From assembly GCA_934277545.1 (NCBI GenBank), contig CAKQUG010000002.1:129024-193023 (forward strand): a stretch of DNA of 64,000 nt. The letters are read 5' to 3'. Below, piece by piece: positions 9,105-19,139 of this stretch. Under the pieces are notes generated by a model, which made no database searches, was not told the origin of the DNA, and saw only the letters and a list, made by a program, of their open reading frames with translations. This stretch comes from an uncultured Alphaproteobacteria bacterium (GTDB lineage Bacteria > Pseudomonadota > Alphaproteobacteria > RF32 > CAG-239). Both the position numbers and the translations under genes were made by a program. How positions within the stretch are numbered: the stretch's first letter is position 1; every line of letters starts with the position of its first letter.

Positions 9105-12100
9105 ATGAAAAAGTTATCGCCGCAATTATATTTTCTTCGCAAGACCATAGATTTTTTTATGGTCGGAATGCTTGTGGTGGTACTTTTATTTTTTTGGACT
9201 TTATATAAAGGACCGATTTCTGTCCCATATTTAAAGCCGTATATCATTCAGGCTCTGAACTATGATGAAAGCGAATACAGTGTCAGTTTGGGCAAAGTCA
9301 ATTTGGAACTGGTGCGTTCGGTTCAGCCACTGCGCATTACGGCCGAAGATGTGAATTTGAAAAAGAAAGATGAAACTTTTTCTATCAGTGCGCCCAAACT
9401 TTATCTATCATTCAGCCTGCGCGCATTGCTTAAAGGTATTATCGCCCCAAGTGATGTGAGTTTGGACAGTCCGACAGTATATATTTTTGCCGATTACGGG
9501 GTAGAAAAAGAACATATAGATGAGGCAAATAAAAAGAAATTGGCGTTTTATGTTGATAAATTCAAGGATTTTCTGAACAACTATAATTCGCCTGAAAAAA
9601 TATATCCGGAAAGCTATGTTAACAACATCAATATCAAAGGCGCTGAAGTGGAATTTCATGAAATTGACCTGGGGCGTAAATGGATGCTTTCGGATTTAAA
9701 CTTTGAATTTAGCCGTAACCTGGTAAACTTGGAAATTAACGCCGACGCTTTGGTTAATCTTAACGACAAAGTTGCTTCGGTAGGGTTTGAAAGCGAATAT
9801 CATGCTTCAGATGATAAGTTGGATTTGGAAGTTTATTTTTCAGATTTAGTGCTATCGGATATTATGAGTAGTATTGATACTATGTCAACAGGTGAAGAAA
9901 CTCAATCCGGATTTAACATAAATGTTCCGGTTAACGGCAAAATTGATACGGAAATTGAACTTGCGGATATTTTGCAGCACCCTGAAAACGCCGCTGCCTA
10001 TTTAAGTGATGCGGTAAAGAAAATTAACTTTGAGCTGGATGGCGGTCATGGCTATGTGGCTTTTGACAGTGATGAAAAGTATAATTATGAAATAGATGAA
10101 GTGGTGTTATCCGGAGAGTTGACCGGCGGTTTTGATGAACTTAATATTAAAAACGCCGATTTTAAAATGGGGGGACAAACTGCGCAAATCAGTTTTGCCG
10201 CCAAAGGGTTGGAAAACTATTACCTTGAACATTCGCTTGAAGGCGTGAGCGCCGAATTTACTGCAAAAATTGATGAATTTTCTTTGGAATATTTATCCCG
10301 CTTTTGGCCAAGATATTTAGCTGAACCTGCTTGGCAATGGTGCAAGGACGGTTTGACCGGCGGACAAGCGAAAAACGGCAAGTTTGTGTTTAAGTTTGGC
10401 TATGATAATCAAGCCAAGTCCTTTGGTTTACTGAATTTAGACGGTGTTGCCGATTTGGAGGACGGCGACTTGCATTATCTGGAAGATATGCCTGAAGTAC
10501 ATAATGTTTACGGTCGTGCCAAATTCAGTATGCAAAATATTTCTATTGATGTGGATAAAGGCGTGAGCGACGGTGTTATCATAACCGGCGGCAATGTCAA
10601 TATTTATGACTTGGATAAGTATGATAACTTTATTTCCATAAATCTTGTCGGCAACTCCAGCATTACGGACGCGCTCAATTTGATAAATAATCCGCCTTTG
10701 AAAATAGCAACCGGCATGGGGGTTGACCCAAAAACAATTCATGGTAACGTTGATGTGCAGCTGAAATTGGACTTTGAACTGAAACAGGATTTAGACAGCG
10801 ACGAAATAAAAGTTGATGTAAAGGCCGATTTGCATGATGTGTCTAACTCCGATTTTTTGCCGGGGCATACTCTGTCGGCGCAGAATTTATTGCTTCTTGT
10901 CAATTCTGAGGGCTGGAGCTTGAGCGGGGAGGCTGATTATGATACTTTGCCGATAAAATTAGCCATAAATGAAAAATTTGCCGAGAAAAAATATAAGAGC
11001 AAATGTAACATTTCATTTAAACTTGACAATGCCGCTAAAAAAGCCCTGGGGTTGGATTGGGCTATTTTGCAGGAGCCGAATATTTCCGGCTATGCTTTGG
11101 TTGATGCGGACATAACCGTCCAGCAAAATGATGAGATTTCTGTAAAAGTTAAGGCGGATTTGAAAAATACGGCATTAGATTTTGCTTATTTGGGTTTTGT
11201 TAAACCGTTGAATCAAAATGCCGGTGCTAGTGCCGATGTTGTTTTGCTAAAAGATAAAGTTAAGTCTATAAAAAATATCAAACTGCAAAAGTCCGGCTTT
11301 AATATTGCCGGAGGATTAACTATGTATCCTAACGGCAGAGTGAAAACAGTGGATATTAACCAAATCAAAGGCCCGAAAACTTCGGCGCGCGCCAAAGTCA
11401 GCCTGAGTGATTCGGCAAATCCGTGGCTTAAGGTGGAAATTTCCGGTTTGAGTTATGATTTGTCTCCGTTTTTTGAGCAGATTAAAAATAAACGCCAAAA
11501 GAATGATAAACAGCTTCCTGTGCAGGCAAATGATGATGATGGATTGGAAAAGGCGAACAATACCGATATATTTATGACGGTTAACAGCTTGTGGACCAAC
11601 AATACCACGCCGATTCAAAACTTTGCCGGCAGTGCCAAAATCCGTAAGGGTATCGGTATGGAAGAGCTGCACATGGTCGGCAACTATGGTATTGATAAAT
11701 CAATTAAATTGAAATTGGACTATATTCCAAAAGGCAATAAAGAACATTATCTTTCTATTGACAGTAACAACGCCGGCAGCACTTTTAAGGTTTTGCGCCT
11801 GTATGACAATATGGTGGGCGGAACTATGAAAATTGAGGCTCGCCGCCAAGCCGATAAAAAGTTTATCGGACACATGCAGGTGCGTGATTTTAGTATTCAA
11901 AACGCGCCGGTAGTGGCAAAACTTTTGAGCGTGGCGTCTTTTACGGGTATGCTGGATTTGCTTAAAGGCGACGGTTTGACCTTTACGCATTTTAACGCAC
12001 CGTTTGAATATCAATATAAAATATTGACTCTGAAACAGGCTAAAGCCGAGGGCAACGTGGTTGGTATTACTACCAACGGCACCTATAACCGCGCTACCGA

Positions 12101-12341
12101 TGATATTAAAATGAACGGCGTTATTGCTCCGGCCTATAGTATTAACCGCTTTTTGGGTAAAATTCCGGTGGTTGGCAATCTGCTTGCCAGCAAGGATGGT
12201 ACGATTTTTGCCGCTACTTATAAAATTACCGGCAACGCCGACGATGCGAAAGTTGATATAAATTCTTTGTCAATGCTCAGCCCTAACTCATTAAAGGAAT
12301 GGTATGCAAAAAACTTTGGCGATTCAGCAAACGGATACTAA
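9105..12341 (+). CDS. AsmA-family / YhdP-TamB-like large envelope biogenesis protein (N-terminal TM anchor)
   Basis: 1078-aa protein with a single N-terminal TM helix and a long, periplasmic-looking body typical of the AsmA-like family. I placed the start at ATG 9105; the ORF track begins at TTG 9093. Confidence 0.45.
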   Translation: MKKLSPQLYFLRKTIDFFMVGMLVVVLLFFWTLYKGPISVPYLKPYIIQALNYDESEYSVSLGKVNLELVRSVQPLRITAEDVNLKKKDETFSISAPKLYLSFSLRALLKGIIAPSDVSLDSPTVYIFADYGVEKEHIDEANKKKLAFYVDKFKDFLNNYNSPEKIYPESYVNNINIKGAEVEFHEIDLGRKWMLSDLNFEFSRNLVNLEINADALVNLNDKVASVGFESEYHASDDKLDLEVYFSDLVLSDIMSSIDTMSTGEETQSGFNINVPVNGKIDTEIELADILQHPENAAAYLSDAVKKINFELDGGHGYVAFDSDEKYNYEIDEVVLSGELTGGFDELNIKNADFKMGGQTAQISFAAKGLENYYLEHSLEGVSAEFTAKIDEFSLEYLSRFWPRYLAEPAWQWCKDGLTGGQAKNGKFVFKFGYDNQAKSFGLLNLDGVADLEDGDLHYLEDMPEVHNVYGRAKFSMQNISIDVDKGVSDGVIITGGNVNIYDLDKYDNFISINLVGNSSITDALNLINNPPLKIATGMGVDPKTIHGNVDVQLKLDFELKQDLDSDEIKVDVKADLHDVSNSDFLPGHTLSAQNLLLLVNSEGWSLSGEADYDTLPIKLAINEKFAEKKYKSKCNISFKLDNAAKKALGLDWAILQEPNISGYALVDADITVQQNDEISVKVKADLKNTALDFAYLGFVKPLNQNAGASADVVLLKDKVKSIKNIKLQKSGFNIAGGLTMYPNGRVKTVDINQIKGPKTSARAKVSLSDSANPWLKVEISGLSYDLSPFFEQIKNKRQKNDKQLPVQANDDDGLEKANNTDIFMTVNSLWTNNTTPIQNFAGSAKIRKGIGMEELHMVGNYGIDKSIKLKLDYIPKGNKEHYLSIDSNNAGSTFKVLRLYDNMVGGTMKIEARRQADKKFIGHMQVRDFSIQNAPVVAKLLSVASFTGMLDLLKGDGLTFTHFNAPFEYQYKILTLKQAKAEGNVVGITTNGTYNRATDDIKMNGVIAPAYSINRFLGKIPVVGNLLASKDGTIFAATYKITGNADDAKVDINSLSMLSPNSLKEWYAKNFGDSANGY

Positions 12342-12801
12342 ACCTAAAATCGGCGTGGACTTTCATGGGGTGATAAATACCAAACCGGATTTTTTTCGGG
12401 AATTTTGCCGTGAAGCCTTAAAAATTGGTCTGGAAGTTTATATTATCAGCGGCGGACCGCGCGAAACAATTTTGTCCTATCTAAATCAATATCAAATTCC
12501 CTATACCAAACTTTGGTGCATATTCGATTATTATGAGCAGCGCCATCAGGTAGAATTTTATGACGACGGCTCATTTCATGTTGATGATGAATTGTGGAAT
12601 AAAGCAAAGGCAGAATATTGCAAAGAGCAGAATATTTGCATTCATATTGACGATAGCGCTATTTATGGCAGAGAGTTTGCAACGCCGTATTGCCGCTATG
12701 ATGAAAAAGCAAACAGCTGTGTTTTGAACGGGCAGCAAATTTATTTAGCCAATCCGGCGCAGGCTTTATCGCAAATTTTAGCACTGTGCCGACAAAAATA
12801 A
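12304..12801 (+). CDS. Hypothetical protein, possible degenerate HAD-like fold (GVDFHGVI)
   Basis: 165-aa ORF whose start overlaps the 3' end of the AsmA-like gene by 38 nt. The motif resembles HAD motif I, but the second Asp is replaced by His. Confidence 0.35.
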   Translation: MQKTLAIQQTDTKPKIGVDFHGVINTKPDFFREFCREALKIGLEVYIISGGPRETILSYLNQYQIPYTKLWCIFDYYEQRHQVEFYDDGSFHVDDELWNKAKAEYCKEQNICIHIDDSAIYGREFATPYCRYDEKANSCVLNGQQIYLANPAQALSQILALCRQK

Positions 12802-12849
12802 TTTTAACAAAAAAGCCGACAGGTCAGGTCTATCGGCTATTCAAAAATC

Positions 12850-13644
12850 TTAAGAAAAATTATTTTTTTCCAACTCGGAAAAATACTGCACTGTTTCTTG
12901 CGAGAGCAACTCTGTTGCTGTTTTGTCGCAGCCGATAATCCCATGCGGATGATGCTGCAGAGCGGTAATCGGCCAAACGTGAGAAACATAGCCCTCAATA
13001 GCGTGTTGCACAGCTTGTGCTTTTTTGGCGCCGGTGGCTAAAATCAAAACTTCTTCCGCCTCCATCATGGTTTCAATACCAATAGTCAGAGCTACGGTCG
13101 GGACTTTGCTCACATCGTTACCAAAAAAGCGAGAGTTGGCGCGCAAAGTGCTTGGTGCCAAAAGTTTGGCTCTGGTGCGAGAGTTTAGCGAAGAATACGG
13201 CTCGTTTAAAGCTATATGCCCGTCTTCGCCCAGTCCGCCAATAAATAAATTAACGCCGCCGCAATCTTTTAAGGCTTTTTCGTATGATGCACATTCTTTA
13301 GAAAAGTTTGTTGTCAAACCATCCAAAAAATGCACATGTTCTTTTTTGACGTTTACAAATTTCAAAAATTTATCCCACAAAGCATATTGAAATCCACGCT
13401 CATCACCGGCGCCGACGCCAACATATTCGCAGGTGCCGAAAAAGATTACATTTTCAAATGAAACTTTGCCTTCTTTATAGTATTTTGCCAAAACATTAAA
13501 CATCCCAAGCGGTGTAGAACCGGAAGGCAAGCCCAAAACAAACGGCTTTTTAGGCGTAGGACGGTGTTTGTTTATTCTATAAACGACATAATCTGCCGCC
13601 CAAGAAGATAAATCTTCGTATGTAGGTTTTATAACAACGCGCAT
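12850..13644 (-). CDS. nagB: Glucosamine-6-phosphate deaminase
   Basis: Full-length similarity to NagB (FVLGLPSGSTP, GGLGEDGHIALNEP, NSRFFGNDVSKVP, HHPHGII). Confidence 0.85.
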   Translation of the reverse strand: MRVVIKPTYEDLSSWAADYVVYRINKHRPTPKKPFVLGLPSGSTPLGMFNVLAKYYKEGKVSFENVIFFGTCEYVGVGAGDERGFQYALWDKFLKFVNVKKEHVHFLDGLTTNFSKECASYEKALKDCGGVNLFIGGLGEDGHIALNEPYSSLNSRTRAKLLAPSTLRANSRFFGNDVSKVPTVALTIGIETMMEAEEVLILATGAKKAQAVQHAIEGYVSHVWPITALQHHPHGIIGCDKTATELLSQETVQYFSELEKNNFS

Positions 13645-13656
13645 TTCAGTTCTCCT

Positions 13657-13866
13657 TTAATAGTGCGGCGGAGGTGTTTCTTCGCTCTGCGGTTTGACAA
13701 TATCCTGCGACAGCATACTTTTCAGTAAAGTATTTTGCGCGGTCAATGTATCTATAATTTTACCTTGCTTAACCACCATTTCGCTCAAATCATCAAGCGC
13801 TTTTTGTTGGTTGTCTAGCGTCATTTCAATATCTATCAAGCGCTGATTTATTTCCAAATCTATCAT
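13657..13866 (-). CDS. slyX: SlyX family protein
   Basis: 69-aa coiled-coil protein ending in ETPPPHY, the characteristic SlyX C-terminus. Confidence 0.75.
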   Translation of the reverse strand: MIDLEINQRLIDIEMTLDNQQKALDDLSEMVVKQGKIIDTLTAQNTLLKSMLSQDIVKPQSEETPPPHY

Positions 13867-13876
13867 AGCTTGCTCC

Positions 13877-16036
13877 CTAAAACAACGGTTGCACTTGCGG
13901 TTTTAAGTTTGAAAGCATTTTCAAATCCTGCTTTTCGGCTTCACGGTTGTCTATACGTTTCAATAATTCGGATTTTTCGGTTTCGGACAGTTTAACCATG
14001 GTTCCCGAACCGTTGTTTTTACGATAAACCGCGCCAAAGCCGTCATCGCTGATTTCGTAAGTCAGTTGACCGCTTTCATCATATTCTTTATATGATTTTC
14101 CGTCCCAAATCCCGCCTTTATAATTTTTAGTATATTTTACCTTGCCGTCAGGATAATAAGCGGTGCGGATTCCTTCAGGTTTGTTGTTGGCAAAACGCAT
14201 ACTGTAAATTTTGTTTCCGTTTTGGTCAAACGCCGATGCTTCGCCGCTGATAACGCCGTTTTTATACGGAACTTGCGCCAGCGGTTGATTGTTGTCATAA
14301 TAAAGCCGTAAATAGCCGTTCAGTTCACCGTTTTTATAAGTCGCTTCGGTAATTTTTTGGCCGTTTGCATCATATTCCGCATAGCTGCCGTCGCGCTTGC
14401 CGTTTTTGACTTCGCTTACTTCATTGACAGCGCCGCTTTCTTCAAAATAAGTTTTGATTTCACCGTTTTGCACGCCGTTTTTATACGGAATATCCGCCAT
14501 TTTGGCGCCGCTTTCATAAAACAGCGTAAGCGTGCCGTTCATATTGTCGGTTTTCGGTTTGCCGTCGGCGTTATATTGCAGCTGACTGCCTGAAAGTTCG
14601 CCGTTATCGGTTTTCAGCACATATTTAACCGTGCCGTTTTCATAATAACCGGTTTCGGTGCCGGCAAATTGACCATTTTTAAATAGAGCTTCAACCGCGG
14701 TGTTGCCGAAGTCGTCTTTCTTTTTGACAATTCCGTTAATGGTGTTGTCGGTAAAGTTCAGCTCTTCATTAACGGTTTTGCCGTCGGCTTTATAAGTTAT
14801 GACTTTGCCCGAAACTTTGCCGTTAGTCATAAAAACCTGTGCGGCTTTGTTACCGTTTTTGTTATAGGATACGACTTCGCCGTTTAATTCGCCGTTACTG
14901 TAGTTTGCGGTGCGTGACACGTTGCCGTTGTCATAATATTCAACGGACTTGCCGTTCATTACGCCGTCTTTATACATGGTGTCATACATCATTTTGCCGT
15001 TTTGATAAAATCCGATATCGTGTCCGTTCAGCTTGTTGTCGGCAAAATCGGCAACGGATTTCTTTTTGCCGTTTTCATAATACATTTTGGCCTGACCGTT
15101 TATAACACCGTCAACATACGGCAGTTCCGAATAAAGGTTGCCGTTTTTAAAATATGTTTTCATCAGTCCGTTCGGCTGGTCGTTGCTGAAATTAACTTCA
15201 TTTTCCAATTTACCGTTATCAAAATATTTTTTATAAACGCCGTTACGCATATTGTCGGCGAATGTCAAATATTCTTCCAGCTGTTTGTTGGGATAATAGG
15301 TTTTGGTAACGCCTTGCAGCACGCCGGCAACGTAGTTTGATTCGGCATAAAGCACGCCGTTGTCAAAATAGGTTTTCTGTACGCCGTCATACATATTGTT
15401 AACAAAGTTGTTCAGTTCTTTCAATTCGCCGTTTTCATAATAAACCTGCTCGGTTCCTTCTATTGAACCGTTGGTATACGGAGTTTCCGACGAAATTTTA
15501 CCGTTTTCAAAATATTGAATCAGCTTGCCGTCGATTTGTCCGTTTTCATTCATATTCAGTACATATTTAACTTTGCCGTTCGGATAATAGCCGGTTTCGG
15601 TGCCGTATTGCTCGTTATTTCTGAATTCGGCCGAAGATTCCAGTTTGCCGTTTTTGTCATAGGCTTTAACAGGACCGTTCAGCTGACCGTCGCGGTAAGT
15701 ATAAATTTTTTCCAAACCGCCGTCTTTGTAATAAGTTTTGGTTTCGCCTTCCTGTCTGCCGGCAATGTAATTTGTTTCGGACTTCACGTTTCCGTTGGCA
15801 AAATAAGAAACCAGCACGCCGTCTATCTTGTTGTTTTTATACGGAGTTTCGGTTTTGATATTACCGTTTTGATAATAGTCTTTCTGTATGCCGTCTTCAT
15901 GTTTTTCCGTCAGGGAATCAACATAGCCGTCTTCGTCATATAATGACGGTTTCAGGTTGGGCATTAAATTAAATTTTACGGCAACCAGCAGCATAACGCC
16001 CAAGGCAACCAATGCAATCAATCCGGTATTTTTCAT
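13877..16036 (-). CDS. MORN-repeat (YwqK-type repeat) exported protein, about 27 tandem repeats of about 23 aa
   Basis: Signal peptide, then repeated units of the form YYxNGxxKxExxYxxGxxDGxxKxYYENG. The repetitive DNA generates many spurious antisense ORFs. GGAGGAAT ribosome-binding site. Confidence 0.75.
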   Translation of the reverse strand: MKNTGLIALVALGVMLLVAVKFNLMPNLKPSLYDEDGYVDSLTEKHEDGIQKDYYQNGNIKTETPYKNNKIDGVLVSYFANGNVKSETNYIAGRQEGETKTYYKDGGLEKIYTYRDGQLNGPVKAYDKNGKLESSAEFRNNEQYGTETGYYPNGKVKYVLNMNENGQIDGKLIQYFENGKISSETPYTNGSIEGTEQVYYENGELKELNNFVNNMYDGVQKTYFDNGVLYAESNYVAGVLQGVTKTYYPNKQLEEYLTFADNMRNGVYKKYFDNGKLENEVNFSNDQPNGLMKTYFKNGNLYSELPYVDGVINGQAKMYYENGKKKSVADFADNKLNGHDIGFYQNGKMMYDTMYKDGVMNGKSVEYYDNGNVSRTANYSNGELNGEVVSYNKNGNKAAQVFMTNGKVSGKVITYKADGKTVNEELNFTDNTINGIVKKKDDFGNTAVEALFKNGQFAGTETGYYENGTVKYVLKTDNGELSGSQLQYNADGKPKTDNMNGTLTLFYESGAKMADIPYKNGVQNGEIKTYFEESGAVNEVSEVKNGKRDGSYAEYDANGQKITEATYKNGELNGYLRLYYDNNQPLAQVPYKNGVISGEASAFDQNGNKIYSMRFANNKPEGIRTAYYPDGKVKYTKNYKGGIWDGKSYKEYDESGQLTYEISDDGFGAVYRKNNGSGTMVKLSETEKSELLKRIDNREAEKQDLKMLSNLKPQVQPLF

Positions 16037-16132
16037 ATTTCCTCCGTTTGCTGAAAACTTTTAATAATTATATTCATTCATAACACTAAGATTTGTTATC
16101 TTCAAGTTTAATTGTTTTCATCAACAAAAAAA

Positions 16133-17497
16133 CTATGCGTGCATGGCTTGTTTGTTTTGCAGCAGCTTAATAACGGACGGACGCAGGTTTTGCTGCTGAT
16201 AATCGGCAATATAATTCAAATTTTCATTTTCTTTGTCGCTGAGGGCGGTAGTAATGCCGTAGCTTTGGTAGTAGTTAATGCTGTCTTGTTCCAAATTCAT
16301 GGCCGTGTCGGTTTTACCGCTTTTAGCATAATAAAGCGCCAATTTATGCTGAGCGTTGGCAATTTGCTGAGCATACATGATGTCATCGCCGTCTGCCACC
16401 GTTTGATAAGCGTACACGGCTTTGTCATAATTTTTTTGCTGCCAATAAATATCGCCGCAGCGGCTCCAGGCGTTTACGCTTTTCGGAGCCAATTCCAGCG
16501 CCAGTTCAAAAGAATTTTGCGCCAAGTCCGAATTGTCGGCGGCAATGGTGCCAAAAAGGCAAGCGTATGAAGATGCTTGCGCGTAAGCGATTTCTTTTAC
16601 TAAATTATCTTTAGATTCTGCGCTGTCTATTTGTTTTTTAATCAAATTTTCCAACAGGCTCAAACAATACGAATTGTCGCCGCGCGCCCAGGCTAAAATT
16701 GCTTCTTCATCAGTCGGAAGTTCATCCCTTGCCGGCAGATTGTCAAATTTTCCGGTGTTGCATAGGCTGATAAAGTCTCTGACCGCGTTTACGGTTTGCA
16801 AAATATCTTCTTTTTCGGTTTCACCCCGGTTGCGATAATATACGGCTTGAGCTATTTTTTCCGGCGAAACTTCACGGCTAAGCATATTTATAATCAGGAT
16901 GATAAGTTCGTTAATCGATTCTTTTTGCTGTTCATATCTTAAAGAGGTGTCGTTAGCCAGCTGTTCGTGCAGAGGTAAATCGTTTTTTTGCCAGTCAAGC
17001 GGCAACACGGAACTTTTGGCGGCTTGTTCTTTTAATTTTGTTTTCAGCTCTAAAATATCGTCGGTAACTGCGGAAGACTGCACTAAAGCCCTGGATATTG
17101 CTTTTTCTTTTTCCAGCCTGTCGCTTTCGCTTAAAGCCTGAAAATTCGTGTCTATGGTCAGCCGCGGTTTTTCATTTTCCATAAGTTCTTCCGCCGCGTC
17201 GGCCAAGGCGGAAGGTGCAGCGCCTCCGTTTTTACCGTCTTGTGTATAAAAAAGTCCGGCGTCAGAAGATTCTCCGTCGGCAATGCGGAAAGTGTCAATA
17301 ACGGACTTTATATAAATCAGCAGAATTATCGTTAAAAAACCGATAAACGCCCCCATAATATAAACGCCGTTGGGACCAAATTCATAAATTACGGCGCTGT
17401 GCAGTTTTTCAATTTTGGCGGCCGCTAAAGCCATAAAATCAGCCAAATCGGAATTTCCGGTTAAAGAAGCATCAGAAAAGGGATTTTGTTCTACCAT
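16133..17497 (-). CDS. Membrane-anchored TPR-repeat protein
   Basis: One TM helix (about residues 45-65), an acidic/coiled linker, and C-terminal TPR-like repeats (AWSRCGDIYWQQKNYDKAVYAYQ...). Confidence 0.55.
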   Translation of the reverse strand: MVEQNPFSDASLTGNSDLADFMALAAAKIEKLHSAVIYEFGPNGVYIMGAFIGFLTIILLIYIKSVIDTFRIADGESSDAGLFYTQDGKNGGAAPSALADAAEELMENEKPRLTIDTNFQALSESDRLEKEKAISRALVQSSAVTDDILELKTKLKEQAAKSSVLPLDWQKNDLPLHEQLANDTSLRYEQQKESINELIILIINMLSREVSPEKIAQAVYYRNRGETEKEDILQTVNAVRDFISLCNTGKFDNLPARDELPTDEEAILAWARGDNSYCLSLLENLIKKQIDSAESKDNLVKEIAYAQASSYACLFGTIAADNSDLAQNSFELALELAPKSVNAWSRCGDIYWQQKNYDKAVYAYQTVADGDDIMYAQQIANAQHKLALYYAKSGKTDTAMNLEQDSINYYQSYGITTALSDKENENLNYIADYQQQNLRPSVIKLLQNKQAMHA

Positions 17498-17595
17498 TTT
17501 TTAATATCCTTTTTTAGCGGCTGAGTGCATACAGATAAATAAACTGCCGACTTAACATTTTCACTCTACACAATGCGGTAGGTAAAGTAAAGAAT

Positions 17596-19071
17596 TTATT
17601 TATTATTTTCCGCGTTTTTAATAAGTTCTATCAAATCGGTATCGCCGGTTTTTTGTGCATATTCCAAAGCAATCTTGCGGTTTTCGGCAGCCGCATCTCG
17701 GTCTCCGGACAAATTTTCAACCAAAGCGATATTGGCATAGTCGGCGGCAAGTCCGTTGCAACGGTTATGATTTTGTTCAAGGTGTAAAGATTGCTGTAGC
17801 AGTGCTTTAGCACGGGATAAATCATGTTTTTGCAAATATATCAATCCCAATAAGCTGTATGCGTTGGCTGTATGAAAATTTAAACTGTGCAGCCTGCTTT
17901 CATGTAAAATTTGCCGTAAAATTTTTTCAGCCTTATCATATTGCTCAAGTTTGCACAAAGCTCTTGCCTCTAAATATAAAGATTCCGCATACGCCGAAAA
18001 ATTTTGTTGCCGTAAATAAATTTTGGCGGCTTTTAGCGCTTCGGAGGCGGCTTTTTGCGGAAATTCCGAGTTTAATAAAAAATGCCCGATAAGTTGCCGG
18101 CTGAAAGCAATACCGCGGTCGTTTTCGGCTTTTTGATGCAATTTTAACGCTGATTTTGCAATTTTAAGTGCATTTACTTCATCTTTTTGCGCTAATTTCA
18201 AAAGAGCCAGTTGGTTAAATATGTCGGCTTGCAACAATTTATCGTCATGAATTTTAAGCGCTTTATCAAATTTGTCCTCAGCCTCTTCCAGTCGGTTTTC
18301 AAACAGCATAAGCATTCCCGAGAGTGCGGTGGTTTGAGCCTGAAAAAGAGACAGTCCGGCTTCCTTAAAAATTTTTAAGGCAGATTCCAGCATGGTTTGT
18401 GCAATATCGTTCACACAGCTGATGCGGTAGATTTCGGCAAGAAGTAAATAAGTTTCGGCTTCTTCAAACACATAATGTTTTTTTTGAAAGATTCTTAAGG
18501 CGTGCGAGGCTTGTTCCGAGGCGGAAAGCATGTCTCCTTCCTGCAAATAGACAATGGCGGAAAGATATTTTCTTTTAGCCGAAAGAGCCAACGGTAAGCG
18601 CTGTTTTTTTAACTGTTTCAGCCAAAAATCTAAATCTTGGTCGGCAAATAAAAGATGAGCAATGGCTGCTGCTGCAATTTTATATGGGGGAGAAAGTTTT
18701 TTTCGGCGGCGTTTCAATTTTTGATAAATCGGCGCGGGGTCGTCTGTATACGCGCTTAAAAATAAAGCCGAAGTTTTATCTTTTGCGGAAAAATAAGCCG
18801 CGGCTTTTTCTGTGCGCCCTCCTGCTAAATTAGCCAAAGCTGCGCGTGATTTTTTTGAAAAACGCCAAAACAAGCTGTTAATTGCCGAATTTATAATGTA
18901 AGTAGAAAAATAGCGGCGACCGTTCATGAGCTGTTGCCGTTTTAAGATGTTTAAAAGTGCCAGTTTTTTCAAATGTCGCAGACGCCAGCAAATAACAATG
19001 CTTCCAAACAACAGAGCTATTAACAATAACGATGCGGCAAAAATGCCAAAAATAAAATATTTTTCCAACAT
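17596..19071 (-). CDS. Membrane-anchored TPR-repeat protein
   Basis: N-terminal TM helix (FGIFAASLLLIALLFGSIVICW) followed by multiple TPR-like repeats. Confidence 0.55.
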   Translation of the reverse strand: MLEKYFIFGIFAASLLLIALLFGSIVICWRLRHLKKLALLNILKRQQLMNGRRYFSTYIINSAINSLFWRFSKKSRAALANLAGGRTEKAAAYFSAKDKTSALFLSAYTDDPAPIYQKLKRRRKKLSPPYKIAAAAIAHLLFADQDLDFWLKQLKKQRLPLALSAKRKYLSAIVYLQEGDMLSASEQASHALRIFQKKHYVFEEAETYLLLAEIYRISCVNDIAQTMLESALKIFKEAGLSLFQAQTTALSGMLMLFENRLEEAEDKFDKALKIHDDKLLQADIFNQLALLKLAQKDEVNALKIAKSALKLHQKAENDRGIAFSRQLIGHFLLNSEFPQKAASEALKAAKIYLRQQNFSAYAESLYLEARALCKLEQYDKAEKILRQILHESRLHSLNFHTANAYSLLGLIYLQKHDLSRAKALLQQSLHLEQNHNRCNGLAADYANIALVENLSGDRDAAAENRKIALEYAQKTGDTDLIELIKNAENNK

Positions 19072-19139
19072 TTACACTCTATTAGCAATTTACGGTTTAT
19101 TATAAAAACACTCTATAAATTATAAAGGAAAATTTTAAA

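Noticed and set aside
14357-15943. Several plus-strand ORFs of 78-142 aa inside the MORN-repeat gene
   Set aside because: They are antisense to a strongly supported repeat-protein gene. Their low-complexity Phe/Val-rich translations are artefacts of repetitive DNA.
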